Positions 45,714-55,900 of a stretch of DNA of 64,000 nt are shown piece after piece; the first letter of the stretch is position 1; the number at the start of each line of letters is the position of its first letter. The stretch lies in contig CAILLA010000305.1 of NCBI GenBank assembly GCA_903834925.1, forward strand, positions 7,115 through 71,114, written 5' to 3'. The notes under the pieces were generated by a model that was given only the letters and a program-made list of their open reading frames with translations, was not told the DNA's origin and made no database searches. Source of the stretch: an uncultured Schlesneria sp. Its GTDB lineage: Bacteria; Planctomycetota; Planctomycetia; Planctomycetales; Planctomycetaceae. Made by a program: the position numbers and the translations under genes.

Positions 45714-47251
45714 GGCTTCCTCCCCAAAAGATCTTTGATTTCCTGCAAAATCTCTGCAAGTTGGAATTCTTTTCTGAGGATATCTTCTATCAGTTGTTCA
45801 GGCGGCAAATGATCTATGTCGGACTTTGCGTTCGGGTTCTTGATGTCCAGATTGCAGTTCGTTTCAAGAATTTGTTTCGCCGGAATGTTCCAAGCTTGTT
45901 CTGTGACTTTTCGTTTCCCCCACCACTTGAGGCAGCCTGCGAACTCTTCGAACTGGACGGGTTGTGTCTTTGTATATTGTCGCCGCCCTTCAGGCAGGGG
46001 TTGCTCATAAAACCAGACATGCTTCGTTGGTCCAGTCCGATCAAAGAATAACAAGTTGGTGGGAATGCTCGTATAGGGAGCAAAGACTCCATTTGGCAGT
46101 CTGACGATCGTGTGGAGATTGAACCTCGTCAGTAATTCTTGCTTTATTCGTGCACATACTCCTTCAGCGAAGAGAACGCCGTTAGGAACAACTACTGCCG
46201 CTCGACCTGGTTTCGGAGTAGCTCTCAGCTTACGCATGATGAGTTGCATGAAAAGAAGAGCGGTTTCTGAAGTCTGTTTGTCTTCAGCGAAATTCCCTTG
46301 AATTCCTTTTTCTTCCTCGCCCCCAAATGGAGGATTGGTCAGAATCACATCTACCCTGTCGTGTTCGTTGATATCAGTAAGTTTCTGAGAAAGACTATTT
46401 CCCTTGACGATTTGCGGCGACTCCAGCCCATGCAGAAGCAGATTCATCTGACAAAGCATGTAGGGCAGTGTTTTTGCTTCGTTCCCGTAGATACTTCGCT
46501 CTTGAAGGAGTCGTCGGTCTTGAACCGTATTGCATTGCTTCTCCATGTGCCTGAATGCTTCCACCAGAAACCCCCCGGTTCCACATGCCGGGTCAAGAAC
46601 GGTTTCTCCCAATTGTGGATTCATGACTTCCACCATGAAACGAACTACGGCCCTGGGAGTGTAGAATTCCCCCGAGTCCCCGGCTGCATCCCTCATCTCC
46701 TTGAGCATGCTCTCGTAAAGATGGCCCAGAGTGTGGATTTCTTCCGTGGAGTCAAAGTGAATGGCTCCAATCTTGTTAATCACGTCCCTCAGCAGGTAGC
46801 CGCTGTCCATGCGGTTCGTGACCCCTGAGAAAACAGAAGCCACCACATCTCGACGGTCATCTCCGTTACCACCCTGAAGACTTCTGAGGTATGCAATCAA
46901 CCCCTGGCCCTTGGTTCCATCAGGCAGGGTGGCTTCATCGTTGTTGATGAAGTGCTTCAGAACATCACCACTGATGCCATCTTCTTTCGCAGCCCAGTCA
47001 CGCCATCTGTATGGTGATTCGATGACCGGCCTAAACTTCTGTCGTTTCAGTTTGGCTCGTTCTTCTTCAATTCGTTCCTGATCGTCCAGAAACTTCAGGA
47101 ACATCACCCACGTCAGCATGGGTAGTCGGTCCAGGTCACCGTTAAGCCCCTTATCCTTCCGCATGATGTCACGTGCAGACTTGACGAGACTCCCAAGTCG
47201 TTGGGCTGTCGTGAGCGGTTGGTCTGTCTTCTTTACTGCCTTCTTGGCCAT
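45710..47251 (-). CDS. hsdM: type I restriction-modification N6-adenine DNA methyltransferase subunit
   Basis: HsdM N-terminal region (RDIMRKDKGLNGDLDRLPMLTWVMFLKFLDD), FYTPRAVVRFMVEVMNP, DPACGTGGFL and ILTNPPFGG. Confidence 0.92.
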   Translation of the reverse strand: MAKKAVKKTDQPLTTAQRLGSLVKSARDIMRKDKGLNGDLDRLPMLTWVMFLKFLDDQERIEEERAKLKRQKFRPVIESPYRWRDWAAKEDGISGDVLKHFINNDEATLPDGTKGQGLIAYLRSLQGGNGDDRRDVVASVFSGVTNRMDSGYLLRDVINKIGAIHFDSTEEIHTLGHLYESMLKEMRDAAGDSGEFYTPRAVVRFMVEVMNPQLGETVLDPACGTGGFLVEAFRHMEKQCNTVQDRRLLQERSIYGNEAKTLPYMLCQMNLLLHGLESPQIVKGNSLSQKLTDINEHDRVDVILTNPPFGGEEEKGIQGNFAEDKQTSETALLFMQLIMRKLRATPKPGRAAVVVPNGVLFAEGVCARIKQELLTRFNLHTIVRLPNGVFAPYTSIPTNLLFFDRTGPTKHVWFYEQPLPEGRRQYTKTQPVQFEEFAGCLKWWGKRKVTEQAWNIPAKQILETNCNLDIKNPNAKSDIDHLPPEQLIEDILRKEFQLAEILQEIKDLLGRKP

Positions 47252-47367
47252 CTTTTTGTTCTATCGTATAAACCACGTTTGACCCACACACCTGTCTCGG
47301 CCGAATTAACCAATAAAGTGCACTTTAATTTACTCACCGGTCGACCATTTACATCCACAACACCCCC

Positions 47368-49119
47368 TCAGCTATTGTTCGCATTTAGAAGCGTCTCCAA
47401 TTCTTCAGGATGAATGTCTATTGGCATCTCATAGGTCACGCCTCCAATGACAAGGGGTACGTATGCGTCAGACCCTGATGAAAGTTTCTGTTGCCATTTC
47501 CGTGAACGACATGAGTTCCATATTGTTTGAGGCGATTGAAGATGACGCTGTCTAAGCCTATCCTCGAAAGTGATCAGTGAAATCGCAGGGACAGTCTCTG
47601 CCGCATAGTTTCCACTCGGCTCTGAATCGGGCATCAGCACAATCCCGAAATACTCGTCGACCAGTTCCCATCTAACAAACTTAAACATTTCACGCTTTTG
47701 TTCCACAGACATGCCCCGAAGGATCCTTTCACACAAGAGCACCTGCTGCTTCCCAACCTCTGCCTCCTTTGTTGTCGACTCAATTTCGTTCATGTCATCC
47801 GCCGCAATCACACACTTCGCTTGTACCAAGAGGACCTGTGTGGGCACGGAGTCTCGGTAGGCTAACAAATCTAATTCTGAGCATTCGTTCCCGGCATACA
47901 TTTGAACATTGGTCTTGAATGCGTATTTGGCATTCTTTTGGATATGGAGGCCGAATCTGAGTAAAAGCCTCTTCTCCCGTGTGCCATTAAGAGTCGCACC
48001 CAAATTCCTCGTCGAACGGTTCCTACACAACGCTTTAAGGACATTTCTAGGCTGCCGGCTCAGCGAGACTACTAATGGGGACCAAATGTAATCGTTTTGC
48101 ATCGTGAATAGTGGCCGTAAGAACACATCTCCTTTGATATCTCTCTGGTCGTAAGTCAAAAAGCTTGTGATCTTCTGAACAATCTCGGCACTGAGTTTCG
48201 TGTGCGTCACCATAGCATCAAGAAAGCCCCTTCCCGAGACGACCTGAGTCGGCATGCACTCAGACTGAGGCACCTTTTCTTCAAACAATCTCAAATACAA
48301 TCTCATCGCTACATTAGACCAACCCAGGAGTACTCTCCAATAACATGTAAAGTCTGAATAGCTGAAGCCACCGAGGTCGCTCGTAGGTTCCAAGTCAACA
48401 ACGTCAGGCTGCTCAACCGATGCAGATGCATCTAATACCGCTTCACTCAAATACGGAAGTATACTGGTATGATGAATTCTTCCCCTACTTAACACCGGCT
48501 CGATTGTGGCTACGGTATCTGCGATGTAACGCAGCGAACCATCGTTTTCGTTGGATAACATTCCCTTCTGCCTGTGATGAACCAAGTCGGCAAAGTGCAG
48601 GTGAGCACCCGTCCTCTTTAAGGAAGGTCGTAAGAAGCGGATTGTCCTTTTGGACCTGTCGGCCTGAACTTCAAACAATCCTTTTCCGAACCCCACGTGC
48701 AGTAATTCCAACTGAGCGTATGCTGTTGCATGGGAATGGAACTGACCTGCTAGATTGAGTTGTTCCCCTGTAATTGAGTTGATCGTCTTTTGTGCAAGTC
48801 GCCCGGCTAGCCATCGGATTGAGATGGTCAGCCCCTCGTTCCTTGAATGTAAGTACTGCCATACCCCAACTGAGCCCAACGTCGGCTGTACAATCCGCAT
48901 TACGATGGCCATTCCATCGAACGCAGTTAGGAGACTCAAGAGAAGTGTGTCTGGATCGATTGACCATGCTGGTAAGTGAGTATGGAATGGATCAAGAACA
49001 GTGGTCTCCATCTCACGAAGAAAGGCATGTGCCTCCTCTCCTGACAGGGGAAGAGATTCAGGGGCGATTAATATATCTTTTCTTAGAGGCATTTTACATC
49101 TGGCATTTTTGAGCAGCAA
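47368..49119 (-). CDS. hypothetical 583-aa protein embedded in the type I R-M operon (possible PD-(D/E)xK-like motif near the C-terminus)
   Basis: Long ORF between the RES gene and hsdM. SELDLLAYRDSVPTQVLLVQAKCV gives a D...Q-x-K pattern. No family recognised. Confidence 0.6.
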   Translation of the reverse strand: MLLKNARCKMPLRKDILIAPESLPLSGEEAHAFLREMETTVLDPFHTHLPAWSIDPDTLLLSLLTAFDGMAIVMRIVQPTLGSVGVWQYLHSRNEGLTISIRWLAGRLAQKTINSITGEQLNLAGQFHSHATAYAQLELLHVGFGKGLFEVQADRSKRTIRFLRPSLKRTGAHLHFADLVHHRQKGMLSNENDGSLRYIADTVATIEPVLSRGRIHHTSILPYLSEAVLDASASVEQPDVVDLEPTSDLGGFSYSDFTCYWRVLLGWSNVAMRLYLRLFEEKVPQSECMPTQVVSGRGFLDAMVTHTKLSAEIVQKITSFLTYDQRDIKGDVFLRPLFTMQNDYIWSPLVVSLSRQPRNVLKALCRNRSTRNLGATLNGTREKRLLLRFGLHIQKNAKYAFKTNVQMYAGNECSELDLLAYRDSVPTQVLLVQAKCVIAADDMNEIESTTKEAEVGKQQVLLCERILRGMSVEQKREMFKFVRWELVDEYFGIVLMPDSEPSGNYAAETVPAISLITFEDRLRQRHLQSPQTIWNSCRSRKWQQKLSSGSDAYVPLVIGGVTYEMPIDIHPEELETLLNANNS

Positions 49120-49195
49120 AGAAAGCGGGTAACTCAGCCAAAAATAGTCATTGGCTCACTTCGCAGTATTAAAACTGCCGCGTTCATTCGAAATA

Positions 49196-50323
49196 TCAGG
49201 GAAGTACTTGCCCTTCGTTGTTGGCTGCATTTCTCCATGCATCAAAGACGAGTTTGTTGAGTTTAGACTGAACCCTTCCAAATTCAGTATTTGCATAGGG
49301 TTCCTTAATGCCTTCAACAAACTCGAAGTCGTAATTCCAAATCTGAGTGCCCCCAGCACCAGCGTTTATCGCACTGAGCAACTGCCAGTTGTGCGGTGTC
49401 GTCATCCGAAGTCGCATTCGGAGATGGTGGCATCGTCCTTCAGAGGCGATATTGCGTGCTGGGAATACTAGGTTGCATGGGGACAGTGGATTGTCAGTGG
49501 TCACTGCGTTCACGTGGGTCGAGAAATAGCAGATCCCGTCGTAATCGTCTTGCTTTGTGATCCACTGAAGTACGATCTGTGGGATTATGTATTCAGGCTT
49601 ATATGGAGCCTGCGGGTACTTAACGATGATGGAACACAAAGCAACTAGTGGCCACAGAATCAAAAAAGAGGTCAGAAGCTCTCGAATTTCCGGCTGGTCA
49701 GGTAACTGTCCGTCGGGGGACGTGTAGAAGAACAACCTCTTTGGACGATTTGACAAGTTCAGAATTGTGATCTTGTGGTCCTTGTCCAGCCAGAAGGCTG
49801 ACGCGTGAAGCTCATGAAAAGGAGGGCGACCCATCTCTGCCCAGCAAGTAAAAAGAGAGCCACCAAGGTAGATGCACGGCAGGCCTGGGATACTGTACCT
49901 TTGGGTGGCAACGAGGTGCCGCTTCTCAAACGGTATATGGAAAAGGTCTTCTCTTGTCAGTGGACTCTTGAGCTCGCGTCGGACGCGGTACATAAGTCCA
50001 AGCTCACTGTGAGCGAGGCCCTTGAGAGCGTGTTTCGCTACAATATCTCTCAGAGGCTCGATTCCCTCAACGAAACTCTGGTAAGCATCCTGAGGGTGTC
50101 CTGCGAATGTCGCTCGAACAATCTCAGGAGCTTTGCTACAGAACGTCTCAATGTCCTTCCGCCTTGCACTCACAGCAGACGCTACGTCGTGCGGGTCGGA
50201 AAAGCTGTCAAGCAGAGTGGTATATCTGCTTAGCAGTGATTCCACGAAGCCCTGGAAATCATCCGAATTCCGAGTTATTGGGAGCTGGAGAGAAGGATGC
50301 TCAAGCAATTCACGTATATTCAA
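49196..50323 (-). CDS. RES-domain protein (NAD+-targeting toxin family) with an N-terminal extension
   Basis: TQRYSIPGLPCIYLGGSLFTCWAEM (Arg and Glu of RES) and GICYFSTH (Ser). It starts 14 bp after the hsdR stop. Confidence 0.7.
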   Translation of the reverse strand: MNIRELLEHPSLQLPITRNSDDFQGFVESLLSRYTTLLDSFSDPHDVASAVSARRKDIETFCSKAPEIVRATFAGHPQDAYQSFVEGIEPLRDIVAKHALKGLAHSELGLMYRVRRELKSPLTREDLFHIPFEKRHLVATQRYSIPGLPCIYLGGSLFTCWAEMGRPPFHELHASAFWLDKDHKITILNLSNRPKRLFFYTSPDGQLPDQPEIRELLTSFLILWPLVALCSIIVKYPQAPYKPEYIIPQIVLQWITKQDDYDGICYFSTHVNAVTTDNPLSPCNLVFPARNIASEGRCHHLRMRLRMTTPHNWQLLSAINAGAGGTQIWNYDFEFVEGIKEPYANTEFGRVQSKLNKLVFDAWRNAANNEGQVLP

Positions 50324-50336
50324 GGGAGTGTCCTAT

Positions 50337-52703
50337 TTAGGCGGCGTAGAGAAGTTGCTGAAGACGACCCACGGCTTCAAGAAGCTTATCAGGTCCACCA
50401 AACTTGCTCGCAATTTCGACCACATTCCCATGAGTAGAGAGTGGAGGAACTTCCAGGACATCTGGAACTGAGAACTGGCTCGTTCCGTGCTCAGCGTACT
50501 TGTCCAGAAGCTCATCGAGGATCGTCTTGGCTTCAAGTCCGAATTGATCAAAGAAGTCGACCTTTTCACTTCGTAATTTCTCAGCCCTTTGCTTGCGTGT
50601 CAGTAGTGGTGCATTGAACGCCAGATGGCAGAGGAGGTCGAAGGGATCAGCTTCCGGGTGGCCAGCCTGGGCACAGAGTTCTTGGAAATCGATCCCTCGG
50701 TCTTCCAGCATTTGGACTACAGCAGACCTCTGATCAAAGTCAGACCATTGTTTCCGCAGGTCTTCAGGGCTGGTATAGAGCGTTTTTACCGTCTCTGCGA
50801 CGTATTGCGTGATTTGAACGGTTCGCAGCTTTGAACCGTCAGAGTCCAGATCCATTGTGACTTCGGTATCAATTCCACCGGGTCCACCGTGGGCATAGAA
50901 TTTTCGTGGCTCCGTTGTTTCGTCATCAAAGTCTGGTTTGCTTGTTCCTTCTTCTGCTGGTGGTTTTTCTTCTTCTTCCACCACTTCGGAACCTTCAATT
51001 GTTTCACCAGCTTCGTCAATTGTCTCGGTAGTGGCGAGAGATGGCTCTCCATCGAAATCAGGGTCGGCGAACAGTCTCGTGGCTGATCCGGTGTAGTCCA
51101 GAATGTTGAAGAACAATTTGCCTTTTTCTTCACGAACCCGAGTTCCTCTCCCAATGATTTGCTTGAATTCAGACATTGCCCCTACGGTTCGCACCAGAAC
51201 CACGTTCTGACAGGTTGGGGCGTCAACTCCCGTTGTCAGCATCTGGGACGTAGTGAGGATCACAGGGTAAGGCTCCTCAGGGTCCTGAAATTTGCTGAGA
51301 AAGCCCCTACCGATCGAGCCTTCATCAGATGTGACTCTGGCCACGTATTCTTCGCCAAGGGGAAGATTTTGAACAATATCTGCATTCAGATTGTTCAACA
51401 CTCTTCGCATCTGGTCCGCATGTTCTTGATCCACACAGAAAACAATCGTTTTGGATAGACGGTTTGTTTTCTTCAGGAAGTCCGTCAGATGGCGTGCAAT
51501 AGCATCAGTACGAGCCTGAAGGGAAACCACACGCTCAAAATCCTTGGTGTGGTATTCCTCATCTGGGATCTCACGACCGTATTTGTCGAGCTGCCCTTTG
51601 GTGGGCCTCCAACCTGCTGCATCGAATGTTGTCAGAATCCGATGAACCCGATAGGGAGACAGGAATCCATCGGCAATTCCCTGCTTCAGGCTGTAAGTGT
51701 AGAGGGGGTTGCCAAAGTAGAGGTAGGAATCTCGATTGTCTTCTCGTAGTGGTGTGGCCGTCATTCCAAGTTGATAGGCCGGTTCAAAATATTCCAGGAT
51801 CTCCCGCCAGTTGCTTTCGTCTCTGGCACTCCCCCGGTGGCATTCATCCACCACGATCAGGTCAAAGAAATCAGGAGCATATTCACGGTAGAGCCCTGGT
51901 CTTTTTTCGTCCTTTGCAATCGCTTGGTAGATTGCAAAGTACATCTCTCGGCTCTTGATGGCCCCCCCCTCGATCTTCCATCGGGCATCTCCGAAGGGGG
52001 CGAAGTCCTTATCTTTTGGGTCGTCAACCAGGACATTCCGGTCTGCCAGAAACAGAATTCGAGGCTTTCGGGTTGCATCGGTATTGGCATTCCATCCGGC
52101 AGACCAAAGCTTCCAACAGATTTGAAAGGCCACCGTGGTCTTTCCGGTCCCTGTCGCAAGAGTCAGTAGACAACGTTTTTGACCAGTCAGGATTGCTTCG
52201 ATTGAACGATCGATGGCAATTCTCTGGTAGTACCGGGGAATCTTTTTCGGGTTGTAGAAGTCCGGGACCAGTCTGGCGTTGGCCACTTCTCCAGAGAGGC
52301 CTTGCCCTTGCTGGTATCGAAACCAGAGTTCTTCGGGAGTGGGAAACCGTTCGACCTCTTTCTCCTGGGAAGTGAAGTAGTCGAACTCGATGATGTCCCG
52401 GCCATTGGTGGCGTAAGCAAACTTGAGGCCCAGGATGGTGGCGTAATCCTTGGCCTGCTGAAGACCATCTCCCGCTGGTCGTTTGTCGGATTTCGCTTCC
52501 ACGACTGCCAAAGTGATGTCCCGGTTGTACCTCAGAAGGAAGTCGGAGAACTTCTTCTTGAGTCGACGTGGCTTCCCACCGGATACAATGATTCGTCCAT
52601 CGGTGAAGGAAGTCTGCTCGCTGTAGAAATGCTTGTCGCCATCCCAGCCGGATGATTCCAGCTTGGGACAGACCAGCTTTCGGCAGGTATCGGCTTCGTT
52701 CAT
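50337..52703 (-). CDS. hsdR: type I restriction endonuclease R subunit
   Basis: HSDR_N start (MNEADTCRKLVCPKLESSGW), helicase motifs LATGTGKT and VVDECHRGS, and an EcoEI-R-C-like tail. Confidence 0.92.
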   Translation of the reverse strand: MNEADTCRKLVCPKLESSGWDGDKHFYSEQTSFTDGRIIVSGGKPRRLKKKFSDFLLRYNRDITLAVVEAKSDKRPAGDGLQQAKDYATILGLKFAYATNGRDIIEFDYFTSQEKEVERFPTPEELWFRYQQGQGLSGEVANARLVPDFYNPKKIPRYYQRIAIDRSIEAILTGQKRCLLTLATGTGKTTVAFQICWKLWSAGWNANTDATRKPRILFLADRNVLVDDPKDKDFAPFGDARWKIEGGAIKSREMYFAIYQAIAKDEKRPGLYREYAPDFFDLIVVDECHRGSARDESNWREILEYFEPAYQLGMTATPLREDNRDSYLYFGNPLYTYSLKQGIADGFLSPYRVHRILTTFDAAGWRPTKGQLDKYGREIPDEEYHTKDFERVVSLQARTDAIARHLTDFLKKTNRLSKTIVFCVDQEHADQMRRVLNNLNADIVQNLPLGEEYVARVTSDEGSIGRGFLSKFQDPEEPYPVILTTSQMLTTGVDAPTCQNVVLVRTVGAMSEFKQIIGRGTRVREEKGKLFFNILDYTGSATRLFADPDFDGEPSLATTETIDEAGETIEGSEVVEEEEKPPAEEGTSKPDFDDETTEPRKFYAHGGPGGIDTEVTMDLDSDGSKLRTVQITQYVAETVKTLYTSPEDLRKQWSDFDQRSAVVQMLEDRGIDFQELCAQAGHPEADPFDLLCHLAFNAPLLTRKQRAEKLRSEKVDFFDQFGLEAKTILDELLDKYAEHGTSQFSVPDVLEVPPLSTHGNVVEIASKFGGPDKLLEAVGRLQQLLYAA

Positions 52704-52992
52704 GGATCAAGCTCACGATGTGTGGCTCGATCAACAACAAGGCTACTGACGTAGCCCCGGAATTCCTTCCGAATAAGCCTCCCTCTTTCCCTAAATCGAG
52801 CCCGCAGCAGGATAACGGGCAGTGCTCACATATTCCACACAGGTGAAGGATCATCAAAAGTATCATTGCCGTTCCATTTCCTGATCAGGAGAACTTGCCG
52901 GATACCTTTGCAGTTCAATTAAGCCACAAATTTCTTGGCAAACTTGGTACACGGTTTGAAACGGCTCGCTTCGGGGAATCTAGTTCATTATT

Positions 52993-55900
52993 TCAATCAA
53001 ATCTTCTCTCTTCCTCGTCTTCTGACCTCTCTACGGAATGACTCAGGCCCTCAATGTAATCTTGAAGCCAACGAACAACATTGTTGTTCTTTTCATTGGC
53101 AAGCCATTGTTGAGCTTCTTTCCGAAGATGTCGGTACATATCGCTGGGATTACCACACCAGCCGCGGCAATGGAATCGGCCGTGAATTGAACTCGCTATG
53201 TCGTCATTTGCGCCATACCGAGCAACAAAATCTCTCGTGAGTCTGCCCGCCGGTGTCATATCAAATGTTTGGGGAAGAGTTCGTGCCAACCATTGACCTC
53301 TTTTCTTCACATCACTATCGATCCAACTGAATAACAGCTCTGCAGGAAGGAACTGTATAGGCCCAGGGCTGTGATCGGTAATTCCCTTCAGATAACCATG
53401 TTCCAGCCAGGACTGAAGGCCGCGATTTCGATCGTCTTCTGTTTCTACAAATGCCTTCGTAATACACGAAAATGCCTGCTTAGGATCGGATTTAATCAAT
53501 TCCGTCAAAACAGTCTCTTGATTGCCGTCCAGATCCATCAATGTGGACCATTCCCGGCTGCCAACAACCAGCACTCGTTCAAACAATTCCCATTTGCGAT
53601 TCGGAAAACGCTCAATGAATCTTTTGGCCATTCTTGACCAGTAGAAGCAAACTTCATTTCTAATTCGCCGATCACCCATAGCTTCGCTGGTTAAGACTCG
53701 AAACAACAGATCTTCCGGCAGGTCGATCGGTGCCTCCTCATTTTCCATGGAAACGGTGTGACACATTTGTAGTGCATTACCCCAGGACGACGCTGTTCCC
53801 TGTTCCAATTGTACGGAAATCAATTCTTCAAAGACGATTGAAGAGAGCGTTCGCAATTGGCTTGCAAACCACCATCTTTCGAGCCTCTCAAAGCTGATCA
53901 TTCCTTTTCTGCACAGGTCAATTACCTTTGTTACCAGTTTATCTGAGATCCCTGAGGCAATCATTAGGTCAGAGATTCTCGGTGAGAGACTCTTCCTCTT
54001 TGCGAGTTTCAGCAGGTGCGATTCCCACTCTGAAGGATTGGATTGAAAAATCGCTGACAGATACCCGGCTAGAAACAAAACATCTTGACTATTCGCGTTT
54101 CTTTCTTGAGCTGAGACTAAAGTGGAAAGAAGTTTCCGTGTGGCATCTCTCTGGGCAATCCGGTAACCCAAGCCGTAAACAGAGTTCGAACTTTCTGAAA
54201 TAAGCCAGTCAACTTCAACAACAAGCAGTTTGGGTGTCTTCACAATCTGATCAGCAAGTTCATCCAATATGCGATACACTTTATCTACTGGCTTAAACTC
54301 GTGATCATGAAAATCATCCGAGGTGACGTGTTTGACATATCGCTTCAATCTGGACGAGAAAGTGTCACCTTCAAGACGATTGTAAATCTCTTTCATCGTT
54401 CCGATGACTTCAGGTGGCAGTTTGTCTGCTCGGTTCCTAAGTTCAATTTGAAGAAATCGAATTAAGCTTTTCGTGTCCGAAACTGAATCCTGTTCAATTA
54501 ACTGCAACGCGTTCATTACAGGTGTGATCAAACACGGAATTGTCAGGCCGGCATGACCAACCGCTAGGATAGCAGAATTCAAATGAACTCGATCTATATC
54601 CGGCCAGTTGGAATGAAGCTCCAAAAGGAGACCCCAGACACGCTGATAGGCATTCCAAAGTTCCTCGTAAGTCTTTGGCCACCAAAATTCAATTGTCCGT
54701 CGTAATCCTTGATGTTCTGGACCTACAAACCGCATGCCATCATGTATGGAAAGAGCAGAGACGCAGGCCTTCAGGCAAATTCGCCGTATTTCAGGACCAC
54801 CTGTCTCCAGGAATTCTTTCAGGACCTCAAAGCGAAGAGAAGGATCTGACTCCGTGGAAGCCATTCCGGGCGTGAGGTTGAATAAACTGCAAAATGTACC
54901 GGTGGCGTTGTTTGTGTTTTTGGCATTTTCTGCCTCAGCAAGTTTCAGCAACAAACTCACCGCTCCTTGGAAATGGTCTTTCCATACTGCAATACGTTCA
55001 AGTGCCCAGACAATGGATTGGCGTGCGTCGTCAAACCTTCTGAGTTGATCGACTGACATTGATCCTAAAGTACGTTGTAAACAGCGAAGAGTATGATGAG
55101 GGCAGGCCTCCGACAAAGATAGGATGAGATATCCGAGTTTGGGATCATCTGGAAAGAAGTTCTCAGGAATCAAGCCGCCTCTTCCCAATAATCGTTCAAC
55201 AGCTTTTTCGGCTGTTGCCGATTCGTGGGAATATTTCAGCATTTCAATAAACGATCTCCACAATGACTCGGGCATTCTCTCCATTATTTTTGAGATCTCA
55301 AATGTCGAGCCATGTGTGTCCCAGAACTCCTTGTTAAGAAAGATCTGGAACAATTTGGGCGTCAGATAGAGCGTCTTTCCACCTTGAATTATTCGGCGTT
55401 TCTTCAGGTAGTGAATCTCCGACTGGAAATCGTCCCAAGTCAGTCCCTCAATCAAACTGACAATGAACTTGGCTTCGTAAGCTAACTGATCCTGAAAGCC
55501 GAACTGCTGAAATAGGGAGATGTACCGAAGAATTTTCCGCCTGGTTTTAACTTGTTCGGATATTGCTGAATCGTATCCAGCAATGAAGCTATTCCAGACA
55601 GAAACAAATGTCGGTTCCTGCAAAAGGTCCGTATTCTTCAGCCGCAGATTTTCACCAAGCACATGAGCCACACGAGGGCTGCCTTCGCAGAACCAAGCCC
55701 ACCTTTTGGCATCATTCTCACCAATCTCATGGTCCATCAAAATCGACTGGATTGTCTCTGGGCTGACCGGCTCAATCTGTACAACGTGGGTTAGTTCATC
55801 ACGGGAATCTTCTGGCCCATGATCAATTGTGATCAGTTTAATCCGATCAGACCTTGATTTTAGCATGTTCCAAATCTCGGCACGGTCTGCACGTGGGCAT

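Noticed and set aside
46298-46828. 176-aa plus-strand ORF inside hsdM
   Set aside because: It is antisense to a gene with unambiguous methyltransferase motifs.
52024-52866. 280-aa alternative-frame ORF overlapping the hsdR 5' region
   Set aside because: It is on the same strand as hsdR but out of frame. hsdR has an uninterrupted canonical N-terminus (MNEADTCRKL...), and this ORF is Arg/Pro/Ser-rich.
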